This document shows positions 44,749 to 54,654 of a stretch of 64,000 nt of DNA, piece after piece (position 1 is the stretch's first letter; each line of letters starts with the position of its first letter). Below the pieces are notes generated by a model. The model did not search any database. It was not told the origin of the DNA and saw nothing but the letters and a program-made list of their open reading frames with translations. A program made the translations under genes and the position numbers. Source of the DNA: a virus (lineage: Duplodnaviria > Caudoviricetes); the IMG/VR virus record IMGVR_UViG_3300012016_000699, positions 1-64,000 of that record, one strand, 5' to 3'.

Positions 44749-44768
44749 AGCCGTTCAGGGTTTCGTTA

Positions 44769-45077
44769 TTAACTTTCAGCTACTGCCTCGTCCTCCGGCA
44801 TCAGCTTCATGATGATGGAAGCCACGGTCTCAGTGATATCCTTCTTGGTGGAATTCTTCAGGCCTTCGACACGTGCGTTAAGGAAAAGGCGGCCGTCCCT
44901 GTTGTCCATCACAAAGCGTCCGAGACTATCCTCGCCCTTCTTGATAACTCCCTCGATGACGAGACTGCCGTTCCTTACGCTCTGGCTCGACTCGATGGAA
45001 ATGTTCTCACTGATCATAACAGGCGCGTAATCAACGTGCATGTTGTTGTTCTTCTCTGATAACTGAATCTCTTTCAT
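44769..45077 (-). CDS. hypothetical protein
   Basis: 102-aa ORF. Confidence 0.6.
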   Translation of the reverse strand: MKEIQLSEKNNNMHVDYAPVMISENISIESSQSVRNGSLVIEGVIKKGEDSLGRFVMDNRDGRLFLNARVEGLKNSTKKDITETVASIIMKLMPEDEAVAES

Positions 45078-45095
45078 ATCTTACTTTTTTAGGGG

Positions 45096-45398
45096 TTATA
45101 CTTCTTTCAGCATCTCGTCGAGCTGCGGGTTCACGCTCAACAGGATGAAGGGAGCAAAGCCTGCGTTGATGAGATCGCGAACAGTTTTCAGTTCTTCATC
45201 CGTCAGCTCCACTTCCTCGTGGTGATAGACCTTCTGTCCCAGCTCGGAGATACGAATATCCTTCCCGCCATAGAACAGACCGTTTCCGAGTGCTTTGGCA
45301 AAGTCATAGGGCACTTTCGCCCCCGCCTTGTCTGCCACCTTATAAGGCTTGCCGTCGATGTCCTTTACGACAATCTTTGAAAAGTCAATCTTTCTCAT
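45096..45398 (-). CDS. hypothetical protein
   Basis: 100-aa ORF (KIDFSKI...DFAKALGN). Confidence 0.65.
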   Translation of the reverse strand: MRKIDFSKIVVKDIDGKPYKVADKAGAKVPYDFAKALGNGLFYGGKDIRISELGQKVYHHEEVELTDEELKTVRDLINAGFAPFILLSVNPQLDEMLKEV

Positions 45399-45402
45399 TC
45401 TT

Positions 45403-45759
45403 CTATGAATTTAGGGTGAATAAATATTTGGCCCAGGCATAGTGCCTGCGTACTTCGTTGTAATAGACCTCTTCCTGATGTTCGTATGCTTCCTGTTCGA
45501 AGCTGATGCTCATATAGGCCCTATCTCTGTTGAACTTGCAGAACGGCAGCTTGATGATCCACTCCAAGACGTAAATCAGAAAAAACAGAAGGAACAGACA
45601 TTCCGCTTGCTGTAATGCGTGAGTCGTCTCGTGACGTTCAACCTTTTTAGTATATTTTTCAGCACGATCTTTACGGACAAAGACGAATGGATATATCGTC
45701 AACGCCGTGTAGCACTTAAATGGGAAACTCCCTGTTATTATCTGCCTTAACTTAACCAT
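45403..45759 (-). CDS. Small HExxH (zincin-like) membrane-associated protein
   Basis: RHETTHALQQ, hydrophobic stretch, ISFEQEAY. Confidence 0.65.
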   Translation of the reverse strand: MVKLRQIITGSFPFKCYTALTIYPFVFVRKDRAEKYTKKVERHETTHALQQAECLFLLFFLIYVLEWIIKLPFCKFNRDRAYMSISFEQEAYEHQEEVYYNEVRRHYAWAKYLFTLNS

Positions 45760-48700
45760 TATGTACTCCTTCCCAATTTTTTACACAAAGATGACCATCA
45801 CTATCGACAAAGACATCTCCCTTGCTATATTCTCCTGTGTTTACATCGCTGAAAGTCAACCATGAATCAAATGGTGCAAGAATGCGTAATTTATTGTTAT
45901 ACATCTTTACTGTAAGAACGGCACTTGCCCCGCCATAAGAATTGCTTTCGATTTTCATTTCACCAGGATATATATAAGTCTGGCCTCCTGAAGGATCATA
46001 CAATCTTAATCTCGGTTCCATATTCGTTCCCGAAGAATATTGCCAGAATCCAAGGTCAAACAATTCATTATAGCTGTTGTCTATTCCTCTGATTCCAGAG
46101 CGTTTGATGGATGTTCCCTCGTCAACGTAAATTTGCACCTTCCTATTACCTGTCCCAATAGTTGTATTGCCATCAATTTTTCCATGAAATGTACCTGCGA
46201 TAGACAGATTTCCGTTACTGTCAAGGTGGAAAATCTCTTGTTTGGACGAATTCTTTACGCTCCAGTCGAAAGTCGTGAACTTGATGTTATCGGCATCTAC
46301 TTCGAAAGTGGAGAGCTTATCGCTGACATACAACCCAACCTTGCCATTAGCAGCGACATTGCCATTGCTGTCAAACGAAGCGGCTACTACGCTCCACTTG
46401 TTTTTGTTTTGGGAAATCCACGTTGCCGAAGCAGTTTGTTCATCGTCAACATCTTCGATATAATCACGTAAGTTTTCAAAAGCCTTGTCTGCTGCATCCT
46501 TGTTATCCGTAACAGTGGTGGAAATATTATTTACCTGTACTTTCAGATCTGCATATCCTTTGATAGTGCCGTCGGCATTGAACTCTGCTGCCATTAACGA
46601 CAGAAGACGATCATTCTGATATACCCAGGTAGCTTTGTATGTGTCCTCAAGACTCTGACGGTCTGCTATTTCATCATTAAGATCAGATATGAGATTTTCA
46701 AAAGCCTTGTCTGCTGCATCCTTGTTATCCGTAACAGTGGTTCTGATATTATCGAACTCTATTTCTATCTCAGCGACAGCCTGATTCAGATCGGCGGTCT
46801 GCTTTGCGGCCTGCAATAGAATATGGCGAGAAGTCTGCTCGAAGAGAGTCTGATAAGTCTCTTTGCTATTAACGATGGGATCAGTACGCAAAGCAACAAA
46901 TCTGATATAACACTCACCAGTATATGAAAGGATCATACGGCCCTGCTTGCCAGTATAAGCCCAAGGCATAGCCTCAGAATCTCTTGCCTGAACAAGAGTC
47001 CATTCACGCGAAGCATTGATCTGCTCACTCCAAGAAGCAATTGACTGGCCGTTTGAGTTTACGAAAGATACAGTCAGTGTACCAGCAGACAGAGCAATCA
47101 TTCTGACACCCATATACAGAGTATCTTCCACGTCTTCCATGACAGTATAGTCATCACTCTGATCATTGTCGGTTTTGTTCTCTTTGTGAGTACCATTGGC
47201 CTTGATGTCAGAGAAATCCTGATATACACCCATTCCAAGCAAGTGCAGAACTTTGATTCCGTCGTAATCCGTCACCTCTGCTGTGAGGCGGCTCATATAC
47301 GCCAATACGGCACCGTTGACCATCAGTGGCGTGCCGTTGCCGGAGTCGATGACCTGCTGCGCTGGGCTATCCGGGGCTGCGCTGCCGTCGCAGGCACACT
47401 CCGACCATCCTTCCATGTCCCTTGAAAAGAAGCCGTTGGTGAGGAAGTTGTCCTCGTCCTGTATGTTGAACGTGGTCTCCGTGTAGACGCTTCTCAGGCG
47501 CTCACGGGTTATCTCGATACTGGAGTTGAGGCTCTCGCCAGTCTGGCGGTTATACAGCTTTCCGACGGCGTAGATGTTCGGCAAGTAGGCACCGAAGCCC
47601 TCCAGCCATCCGAAGAGGTCAGTGCGGATGCCCTGCAGGTTTCCCTCACGGAGCTTCAGCGCATCGTTCGGGTTGGTCTTCATTCCGTAGTACACATCCT
47701 GGTAAGGTGTGTTCGGTCCTACGGTGATGATCTGCATCAGGCCCTTTCGCTCCGGATCCGTCTCGTTGTCAAGGCGGACGAAGGTGTCTCCCTTCTTGAT
47801 GAGCTGACCAGCGGTATAACTGTCCTCATCTGTCTGGACGGCAACCTCTTCCTGCTGCTCCTCCCCTATCTCGGCCTTCGCTGCCTCAAGCAGTGTACCA
47901 TAGTCGACGGAGCCGCGTGCAACAGGTACGACGGATGCTCCGGCCAGACGGCCTATGATTGTGTCGCTGAGCCAGTGGTAGCGAGTTATCTGCCTGCCCA
48001 TGGCGTACTCGTTTGCAGCCTTCAGTATCAGGTCGGCCTTGTCAGGCATCAGCTCCACGAGGAACAGGGCACCTGCAAAGGTCGTCGAGGAATGGCCGCT
48101 CGGATAGGAATTGGCGAAGACGCTGGCGCGTGAGTCCCTGTCGAAGAGCTCCGGGTCGGTATAGCCTGTCGGCGTTCCGTCGGAATTCTCGATGTCAAGG
48201 TTCACTAGCACGCCTTCCTGCCCTGTCGGTGAGCTGCCGTCCTTGTCGCCCTGTCCTGGACGCCTGCGGCCATAGTACTTACCGTCTAGGAGAGGGCTCC
48301 TGCTGTGTGTGCCGAGCTTGCTGATCTTCTCGTATGAGGTGGCCACTCCGCCGCTGACGGATATCTCCACGCCGATTGTCTCCTCACCGAAGACCGGGTG
48401 GAAGGTGTAGCCACCGCCGTGACGGTTCGGGCCGAAGACGTGGTCGACGGTAGCCTCCTTGTTGGCAATGGCCTGTGCCGTTTCCTGGCTGTATGTGGGG
48501 TTGTTGAGGTTATAGTAGGTCACCACCCTGTTGTGGATGTCAAGGTCTGGTTGCAGGTTGTGGTCGTCGAGGTCGTTGTCGTCATATGGCACGCCTCCGA
48601 TGGACGAGCGGTCGGTATAACCCTTGAGGTACGGGCCCGGTGCTGTCGGCATGAACAGCGACAGGTCTACATAGAACGAGTCCTTGTAGTTGTCGAAGGA

Positions 48701-50329
48701 GGATCCGTAGACGTCAGCCACACTATAGTTGAAAGCTGGCGCGCTGATTTCCGAGCGCAGCTCCTGGATGTCAGGCTTCAGCCTTCCTCGCATGGCGGAG
48801 CAGATGACCGAGGCTACCATACGTCCCACGTTCGGGTCACTCTCGAAGGTGTACTTGTAGATGTAGGCATCTTTTCCGGGTCCGAGGTTATAGCCCGTCT
48901 CCATGATGATGTTCCTCTTGGCTGGGAACATCTCCGTCAGTACCGAGGCGAGCAGCCATCCTGCCACACCGTCGAACGCTTTCTTGTCGACGTCCCTTCC
49001 GTAATAGTCGATGACGTTCGGAAAGAGAGACTTCTTGAAGAGCAGTGGAAGATTGTATGCGGACTTGCCGCTGTAGTACTGCGTGTATGTCTCGTAGAAC
49101 ACTTCCGACAGATACTGGAACGCCTTCGTCCATGCAGGAACGGATATACCTGCAGCCTTGACGAAATGGCTGAGGTACTCGGAGGTCTTCGTCTGTATCT
49201 CTACGGGAACGTCCTTCACGGCCACGCCTCCTTCTTCGGTGCTCATGGACGTGGTGAAGTTCTTGAAGGTTACCCAGTCCAAGCGGTCTCCGTTCTCATC
49301 CTCCATTCCTCCCGTTCCGGAGTCCGTGATGACGAGCTCGTAGCTCTTGGTGATGTAGCCGTCGCCGCCACCTACGACGTCGTTGCCTGGCTGGTACTGC
49401 TGGCACTTGATGTAGTCACCCTTGCGGAAGGAGACTGCCTTGATGCGCCCGCACTCCGTGGAAAGCCACACCTTGCCAGTGTCGGGATCGTAGTGATGCA
49501 CCTCCATCATCGCCGCAAAGACGTAGTTGTCGAACTCGCCCCTCAGCTGCGAGACAATCATCTCGTAGACACGCAGCGTCTCGCGGACGGTGACGTTGTC
49601 TATCTCCAGCGTATAGTACTCCTCCTCCACGCCAACGGCATTGATGCGTGTCTTCTTCTGGATGGCCCAGCCCTTGCCGCCGAGGAAGGCACTGATGAAC
49701 TCCACCGACGAAAGGTTGCCGCCGAAGGTCGAGTCGTTCACCACAAAGAGCTCCTGCAGCTTGGCGAGGCCTCTGGTAATGAGCGTCTTGATCTCCACGT
49801 GTCCCTCCGGGGTGATGATGCCGCCCTCCACGCCCTCGGCATAGTAGCCGATGAGGATATTGCCGAGCGTCTGGAGGCCGACCTTGAAAATGGTCTGGTT
49901 CGTCACCTCGTCGATATGGGCGGTGTTGGCATAGACCTCCCTTGCCCTCATGAGGTTGCGGACAGTGGCATAGTCGATCTCGATGTTCCATGTGTCGACG
50001 GCATTCTTCCAGATGCTGAAGCCATCGCCCGTGTTCACGTCCCTGCCCCTGGCATCCTTCACCCATTCTCCCAGATGGAAGTCTGGGGACTTGGCGAACA
50101 TATCGACGATGAGCCCCGCGAGGAATGTCACAAGATGGTGCGTCTCGTCGTCATGCGCCTTGGAGATATACATGGAGTCGTACACCCTCAACAGGTAGAG
50201 CAGGTCAAGGAACGCCTTACCGATGCGGGCCGCGGTGTTCGCCCCGGCCTGCGTCTCGTCCCTGATGACCTTGTACTCGCTCTCAAGGCTCTCTATCTGC
50301 TGATTAAGTTCCTGCATCGACAATGCCAT
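45752..50329 (-). CDS. Large tail tip/fibre protein with inserted PAP2 acid-phosphatase module
   Basis: 1525 aa; tail-type LEIDNVTVRETLRVYEMIVSQLRG; internal RRRP, SYPSGH, RQITRYHWLSD. Confidence 0.8.
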   Translation of the reverse strand: MALSMQELNQQIESLESEYKVIRDETQAGANTAARIGKAFLDLLYLLRVYDSMYISKAHDDETHHLVTFLAGLIVDMFAKSPDFHLGEWVKDARGRDVNTGDGFSIWKNAVDTWNIEIDYATVRNLMRAREVYANTAHIDEVTNQTIFKVGLQTLGNILIGYYAEGVEGGIITPEGHVEIKTLITRGLAKLQELFVVNDSTFGGNLSSVEFISAFLGGKGWAIQKKTRINAVGVEEEYYTLEIDNVTVRETLRVYEMIVSQLRGEFDNYVFAAMMEVHHYDPDTGKVWLSTECGRIKAVSFRKGDYIKCQQYQPGNDVVGGGDGYITKSYELVITDSGTGGMEDENGDRLDWVTFKNFTTSMSTEEGGVAVKDVPVEIQTKTSEYLSHFVKAAGISVPAWTKAFQYLSEVFYETYTQYYSGKSAYNLPLLFKKSLFPNVIDYYGRDVDKKAFDGVAGWLLASVLTEMFPAKRNIIMETGYNLGPGKDAYIYKYTFESDPNVGRMVASVICSAMRGRLKPDIQELRSEISAPAFNYSVADVYGSSFDNYKDSFYVDLSLFMPTAPGPYLKGYTDRSSIGGVPYDDNDLDDHNLQPDLDIHNRVVTYYNLNNPTYSQETAQAIANKEATVDHVFGPNRHGGGYTFHPVFGEETIGVEISVSGGVATSYEKISKLGTHSRSPLLDGKYYGRRRPGQGDKDGSSPTGQEGVLVNLDIENSDGTPTGYTDPELFDRDSRASVFANSYPSGHSSTTFAGALFLVELMPDKADLILKAANEYAMGRQITRYHWLSDTIIGRLAGASVVPVARGSVDYGTLLEAAKAEIGEEQQEEVAVQTDEDSYTAGQLIKKGDTFVRLDNETDPERKGLMQIITVGPNTPYQDVYYGMKTNPNDALKLREGNLQGIRTDLFGWLEGFGAYLPNIYAVGKLYNRQTGESLNSSIEITRERLRSVYTETTFNIQDEDNFLTNGFFSRDMEGWSECACDGSAAPDSPAQQVIDSGNGTPLMVNGAVLAYMSRLTAEVTDYDGIKVLHLLGMGVYQDFSDIKANGTHKENKTDNDQSDDYTVMEDVEDTLYMGVRMIALSAGTLTVSFVNSNGQSIASWSEQINASREWTLVQARDSEAMPWAYTGKQGRMILSYTGECYIRFVALRTDPIVNSKETYQTLFEQTSRHILLQAAKQTADLNQAVAEIEIEFDNIRTTVTDNKDAADKAFENLISDLNDEIADRQSLEDTYKATWVYQNDRLLSLMAAEFNADGTIKGYADLKVQVNNISTTVTDNKDAADKAFENLRDYIEDVDDEQTASATWISQNKNKWSVVAASFDSNGNVAANGKVGLYVSDKLSTFEVDADNIKFTTFDWSVKNSSKQEIFHLDSNGNLSIAGTFHGKIDGNTTIGTGNRKVQIYVDEGTSIKRSGIRGIDNSYNELFDLGFWQYSSGTNMEPRLRLYDPSGGQTYIYPGEMKIESNSYGGASAVLTVKMYNNKLRILAPFDSWLTFSDVNTGEYSKGDVFVDSDGHLCVKNWEGVHNG
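46473..46741. repeat. 47-bp perfect direct repeat (46473-46519 and 46695-46741)
   Basis: Encodes TTVTDNKDAADKAFEN twice. Confidence 0.9.
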
Positions 50330-50330
50330 A

Positions 50331-50870
50331 TCAACCGATCTTTCTGATGACTACTGCGTTATGCGGACTCCCGGCGCTGTTCCTTCCACGCTTGAAATAC
50401 TCGGGGAAGGCATGGCGCACATAGCCCATGGTCTCCTTGAGGAACCCCTGTGCTGCCGACAGCGCGTTGTTGTAGCAGTCGCTGCGCTCCTTGGATGATA
50501 CATGGGAGGAATACTCGCTGTTCTTCATGACGACACCAGCCCTTGTGAGCTGGAAGTCGCCGTCCATGACGTACTGCGCATAGACGAAATAGCTCATTGC
50601 CATGCGCAGGCCGCTGAATATATGGTACCGCCCGTCGCAGTCGGTGTACTCACCGCCGTCGAGCAGCGTCTTCATTTTCTCATCTATTTTGCCTTGCTCC
50701 CACTCGGAAGCGGCCTTGAGGACATGCGAGAAGAGCTCGTCCCCAAGTACTGGCTTGATGCTGAGCCGTTCCGTCTCGTAGATGTACGACTGTATCTTCT
50801 CGTCATCTATCTGCTTGCTGATGGGACGGCCAAGCTGCCTCAGTTCCTCGATAGTTATAAGGTGTTCCAT
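50331..50870 (-). CDS. Putative head-tail adaptor/connector
   Basis: Follows the portal; YIYETE..IKPVLG..LF, GLRMAMSYFVYA. Confidence 0.55.
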   Translation of the reverse strand: MEHLITIEELRQLGRPISKQIDDEKIQSYIYETERLSIKPVLGDELFSHVLKAASEWEQGKIDEKMKTLLDGGEYTDCDGRYHIFSGLRMAMSYFVYAQYVMDGDFQLTRAGVVMKNSEYSSHVSSKERSDCYNNALSAAQGFLKETMGYVRHAFPEYFKRGRNSAGSPHNAVVIRKIG

Positions 50871-50887
50871 TCCTTGCCAGTCTTTGG

Positions 50888-52087
50888 TTATTCTTTGTCA
50901 GTGTTCTCGTTGCTGATGTGCCGTACGGGCAGTATCGAGTAGTCGTCCGTCGGGCATACAGGGTTCCCTCCGTTAAGGCTCGTCGCAAAGCGTGAGAATA
51001 CCTTCCGGAAGATCTTCGCTATCTCGTCACGCTCACGTGTCACGCAGCTGTTGTAGTAGGCGAAGGCATCGTCCACGACGGTGCCGGAGAATCCCAGCTT
51101 GCCAGTGCGGATGCAGTAGAACACCTCCTGGTTGAAGGCGGCATAGATACGCTCTTCAGTCGACTTCTCCGTGGTCTCGAACTTCTTGTCGAAGTTCTGG
51201 GCCTCGAAGGACTTGAACTCCGGGAAATCCTCATCCTGGTTGATGGTGACATCCATGATGGCGCAGGCGTTCTCGTCGCCCTGGAAGATGTCGAGGCTGT
51301 CGCTGATGGCGTTGCCATCGTCCTCTTCCTTGATCTGCCTGCCTGTCTCCGGGTCGATGCCAAGCTGCATGGCTTTCTTGTGGATGAACATACCCGCAAG
51401 AAGGAAGTTGTTGCGGACGTTACGGTACTTCACGTTGTCAAGGCCGTCGTCTGTGCTCATGCACGTCACCACGCCGTCATAGATGGGCGTGGGGTACTTG
51501 AAGCGTCCGTCCATGGAGTACCAGAGGATCTGCCCGAGGTACTTGTCCATGCCCCCGCTCTCCTCCACCTGGTCGAGTACGACGAAGGGGTTCGGGTTGA
51601 ATACGTAGAACTTCTTGACGTTCTCCGCCGTGACGCTGATGCGGTTGCCGGAGCGGGTCTTCCTGCCCGTCCAGTCGGGGTGGTAGTTGATGTAGGTGAC
51701 ATGCCCGAGGTCGTCCTCCTCCTCCAGGCGGCATGCCTCGAACGGGATGTGCTGGACCTCCACGATCTGCCCCATCATGTCGTAGTTCACATGAAGGGCG
51801 AAGCCGCTGAGCTCCGCGAGGTCCTTGGCGACGAGGTGCAGCAGCTCCGCCACGGTCTCCCGCGAGCGGTTGCACACGAAGTCGGCCAGCATCTTGTCGG
51901 CAAAGCCTCCGCCCTCGATGAAGTCCTTGTAGCGCTTGCAGCACGTCCCTGCCGTCGGGGAGTTCCTCAGAAGCTCTATCATACGCTGCGGATAGAGGTT
52001 ATCCTTGCCGTATGACTGGATGTTCATCGTCGACAAGTAGCGTACGTCAAAGCGGCGCTGTGCTTTCTTTACGTTATGGATGTTCAT
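50888..52087 (-). CDS. Portal protein
   Basis: 399 aa; YGKDNLYPQ, GFALHVNY, HIPFEACR, NNFLLAGM typical of Bacteroidetes phage portals. Confidence 0.8.
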   Translation of the reverse strand: MNIHNVKKAQRRFDVRYLSTMNIQSYGKDNLYPQRMIELLRNSPTAGTCCKRYKDFIEGGGFADKMLADFVCNRSRETVAELLHLVAKDLAELSGFALHVNYDMMGQIVEVQHIPFEACRLEEEDDLGHVTYINYHPDWTGRKTRSGNRISVTAENVKKFYVFNPNPFVVLDQVEESGGMDKYLGQILWYSMDGRFKYPTPIYDGVVTCMSTDDGLDNVKYRNVRNNFLLAGMFIHKKAMQLGIDPETGRQIKEEDDGNAISDSLDIFQGDENACAIMDVTINQDEDFPEFKSFEAQNFDKKFETTEKSTEERIYAAFNQEVFYCIRTGKLGFSGTVVDDAFAYYNSCVTRERDEIAKIFRKVFSRFATSLNGGNPVCPTDDYSILPVRHISNENTDKE

Positions 52088-52123
52088 AAAGGGCGGTTGC
52101 TATTGATTGGGTGAAAAACGGTC

Positions 52124-52888
52124 TTACTTCTTGGCAGCTGGCTTGCCTTCCTTCGGTGCCTCCTCAGCAGCCTTGCCATCAGCGGATGCGGCGGCTTCCT
52201 CGGCAGGTTTCTCGGCAGGCTGCGCTGCGGCCTTGGCGGCAGCCTCCTTCAGGGCGGCGATCTCTGCGTCCCTGGCGGCGATGACGGAGTTGAGGCGGGC
52301 AACCTCCTCGCCAGCTTCGGCCTTACCTTTCTCCATGGCCTCCTTCAGGGCGGCGATCTCGGCTTCCTTGGCCTCGAACGTCTTCTCGGCTCCCTCCATC
52401 TTCTCGGAGAGCTCCTTGTTGACGGCCTTCAGGCCCTCTACCTGCTTCAACAGCTCTTCCTTACTGATCTCGTCGGCGGCAGTCTTCTGCTCAGACTTGA
52501 CGGCCTTGCGTGCTGCCAATACCTCATCAAGGTTGTCGGGAACCTTCTGGAAGAGGTCTAGACGACCGATGTTGTCGTTCAGTGCGTCCATGGCGATAAC
52601 GTCTGTGAGGTTGTCATTGACGTACGACTCCCCGGCGAAGTGCAGCAGCACTCCGGCACGAAGGATGAATAACTTTTCCTTTTGCATTTTTCCTTGCTTT
52701 TTAAGTTTGTTGATAATCTCAAGGTAGGCGTCGCGGTAGCAGTCCCTGCAGGCCGTATTGCGTACGGGCCTCCCGAGAACGGCGATGCTCGCCTCCTGTA
52801 AGAAAAGCCTGTCAGAGGAAGAGAAGCCGTCATCAAAGCGGCTCCTCATCTCTGCCAGACGGTCCATAACCCCGCTATAGGTAAGCAT
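52124..52888 (-). CDS. hypothetical protein (CxxC, coiled-coil/Ala-rich tail)
   Basis: 254-aa ORF in the head module. Confidence 0.65.
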   Translation of the reverse strand: MLTYSGVMDRLAEMRSRFDDGFSSSDRLFLQEASIAVLGRPVRNTACRDCYRDAYLEIINKLKKQGKMQKEKLFILRAGVLLHFAGESYVNDNLTDVIAMDALNDNIGRLDLFQKVPDNLDEVLAARKAVKSEQKTAADEISKEELLKQVEGLKAVNKELSEKMEGAEKTFEAKEAEIAALKEAMEKGKAEAGEEVARLNSVIAARDAEIAALKEAAAKAAAQPAEKPAEEAAASADGKAAEEAPKEGKPAAKK

Positions 52889-52902
52889 AGGCTACGAGAG
52901 GA

Positions 52903-53481
52903 TTATGCGTTACCAAGGGCGTTGAGAAGCGCACGTGTGGCCGTTTCAGACTCATTGAAGAGGAAAAGGCCGGAAGACGGTGCGTTCTGCTCCTGGAGCG
53001 TGACGCTCCATCCGCCGTCGGTATCGTCAGAGTTCAGGTCACGAGTGCCTGCAGTGAGCTTCAGACCCTGCTCGAAGCCGTACACCTCGAACTTGTTCTT
53101 GGAGTCTGAGCCTGCAAACACGTTCTCCAGCACGATGACGAACTTGCCGTTCGCCAGCTTGTCGATGATGTCGTGGCTCACATCAGGACCGCTGTTGAGG
53201 ATGACGAACGACACGGTCTTGTTCCATTTCGTCCGGTATGTCCCAACCACTGCCTCTATCAGCGTACCGTTGAACGGTGTCCCTTCTGGTACGATGATCT
53301 TATAGCCCTTGGCACCATTGGCCAGGGCAAGGGCAGTGATGATGTTCGCTGCACGGTTGCAGGAAGCCTTCAGCACATCCTCGTAGTTCACGATGTAGCC
53401 AATCTTCTCGACACCCTTCTGTGGGAGGTTCTCACAGTCGAACTCGATGCTCTTGGCTATCTTGAAATCACAGTTTCCCAT
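52903..53481 (-). CDS. Major structural protein (tail-tube candidate)
   Basis: 192 aa right after the capsid gene; FEVYGFEQGL...GGWSVTL. Confidence 0.55.
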   Translation of the reverse strand: MGNCDFKIAKSIEFDCENLPQKGVEKIGYIVNYEDVLKASCNRAANIITALALANGAKGYKIIVPEGTPFNGTLIEAVVGTYRTKWNKTVSFVILNSGPDVSHDIIDKLANGKFVIVLENVFAGSDSKNKFEVYGFEQGLKLTAGTRDLNSDDTDGGWSVTLQEQNAPSSGLFLFNESETATRALLNALGNA

Positions 53482-53500
53482 TTACAGTAGCGTTTAACGG

Positions 53501-54598
53501 TTAATAAGCTGCCTGCAGGAGCGCATCCTCGCCGATGAGCGTACCGATGGTAGAGCTGGCGTAGATGTGGTTCTTGCGGGTGATATCGTCGAACTTGATC
53601 GACAGAGAGGCGATCTTGTCCTTGTCCTCGGTACCGACGAACAGGTTCTTCGGAGACACGACGATGGCACGGTGCGGGTTGTTCACGCGCTCCGTGGTGA
53701 CGGCGTTGTCACCCTCACCGGTGGTGGTGGTGATGGTCTCGTACTTCTTGATCATGCGGTCCCAGATGTCCAGGACGATGATGGGCGTGCCGTCGTACTC
53801 CGACAGGGCGATGCCCTTGGCGATCTGCTCCACCGTCAGGGTGCACTTCACGCGCTTGTACACGTCGTTGCGCAGGGCCTTGAACAGCGAGTTGGTCATG
53901 ATGAGACATGCCTGGTCGTCGTCGAAGATACGCGAGTCGGCATCCTGCAGCAGGTCGTCCACGATGCCGATGGCAGTGCCCTCGACCTTGATGGCTGCCA
54001 TCTGGGCTGCCAGTGTGGACTGTGCGTTGGCGGCGATGGTCGTGCGCTGACGGCTGTTAGCCGCACAGACGGCGAAGATGCGCTTCCACAGACCGTCGGC
54101 AGTGGTGAAGAGCTTGGTCTTCACGCCGTCGGTGATGACACCGCCGTCGGACACGTTCTTGGCCTGCTTGTCGCCGAACCACACCATACGCCAGAACATC
54201 TGCTTCATGACACGCTGCAGCAGCGGCATGAGGACGGTGTCCCAGTACGGGGTGTCCTGCAGGTCGGCCTTGTCGGTGCCGGCCTTGAGGCCTGCCTTGC
54301 CGATGGTGTTCTCGATGTCGGTGTAGCAGAGGTACTCGGCCACTTCCCATGTTCCGAGCTCCCACTCCTTCTCGACACCGGTGATCTTCACTTTCTCATA
54401 CTCAGGGTCGCAACCGCCACCCTTCACGCCGACGTCCTGCATGGTGTCGACATAATCGAGCTTCTGGCCGTTCTCCACCTCAGTCTTCTGTGTGGTGACC
54501 TTCTCCACGTCAGGATCCTCGAAGGTCTGCAGGAAGAGCAGGTCCTTCAGGTCGGTAATCGCACCGTTGTCAACGGTGAACTGTTCCCAATTAATCAT
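53501..54598 (-). CDS. Major capsid protein
   Basis: 365 aa downstream of the Clp protease; highly biased codons; RMVWFGD...DGLWKRI. Confidence 0.75.
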   Translation of the reverse strand: MINWEQFTVDNGAITDLKDLLFLQTFEDPDVEKVTTQKTEVENGQKLDYVDTMQDVGVKGGGCDPEYEKVKITGVEKEWELGTWEVAEYLCYTDIENTIGKAGLKAGTDKADLQDTPYWDTVLMPLLQRVMKQMFWRMVWFGDKQAKNVSDGGVITDGVKTKLFTTADGLWKRIFAVCAANSRQRTTIAANAQSTLAAQMAAIKVEGTAIGIVDDLLQDADSRIFDDDQACLIMTNSLFKALRNDVYKRVKCTLTVEQIAKGIALSEYDGTPIIVLDIWDRMIKKYETITTTTGEGDNAVTTERVNNPHRAIVVSPKNLFVGTEDKDKIASLSIKFDDITRKNHIYASSTIGTLIGEDALLQAAY

Positions 54599-54654
54599 AT
54601 CCTTTAAAGTTTTTTTGAATTGTTACTAATGTTGATAAAACTCTCACGGAAGAC

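Noticed and set aside
47830-49240. Tail-protein insertion as an intein
   Set aside because: No C-terminal HN-[C/S/T] or LAGLIDADG motifs; PAP2 motifs are present instead
45752-50329. Second DGR variable repeat in the other large tail protein
   Set aside because: No TR-like sequence seen by eye here or elsewhere in the window
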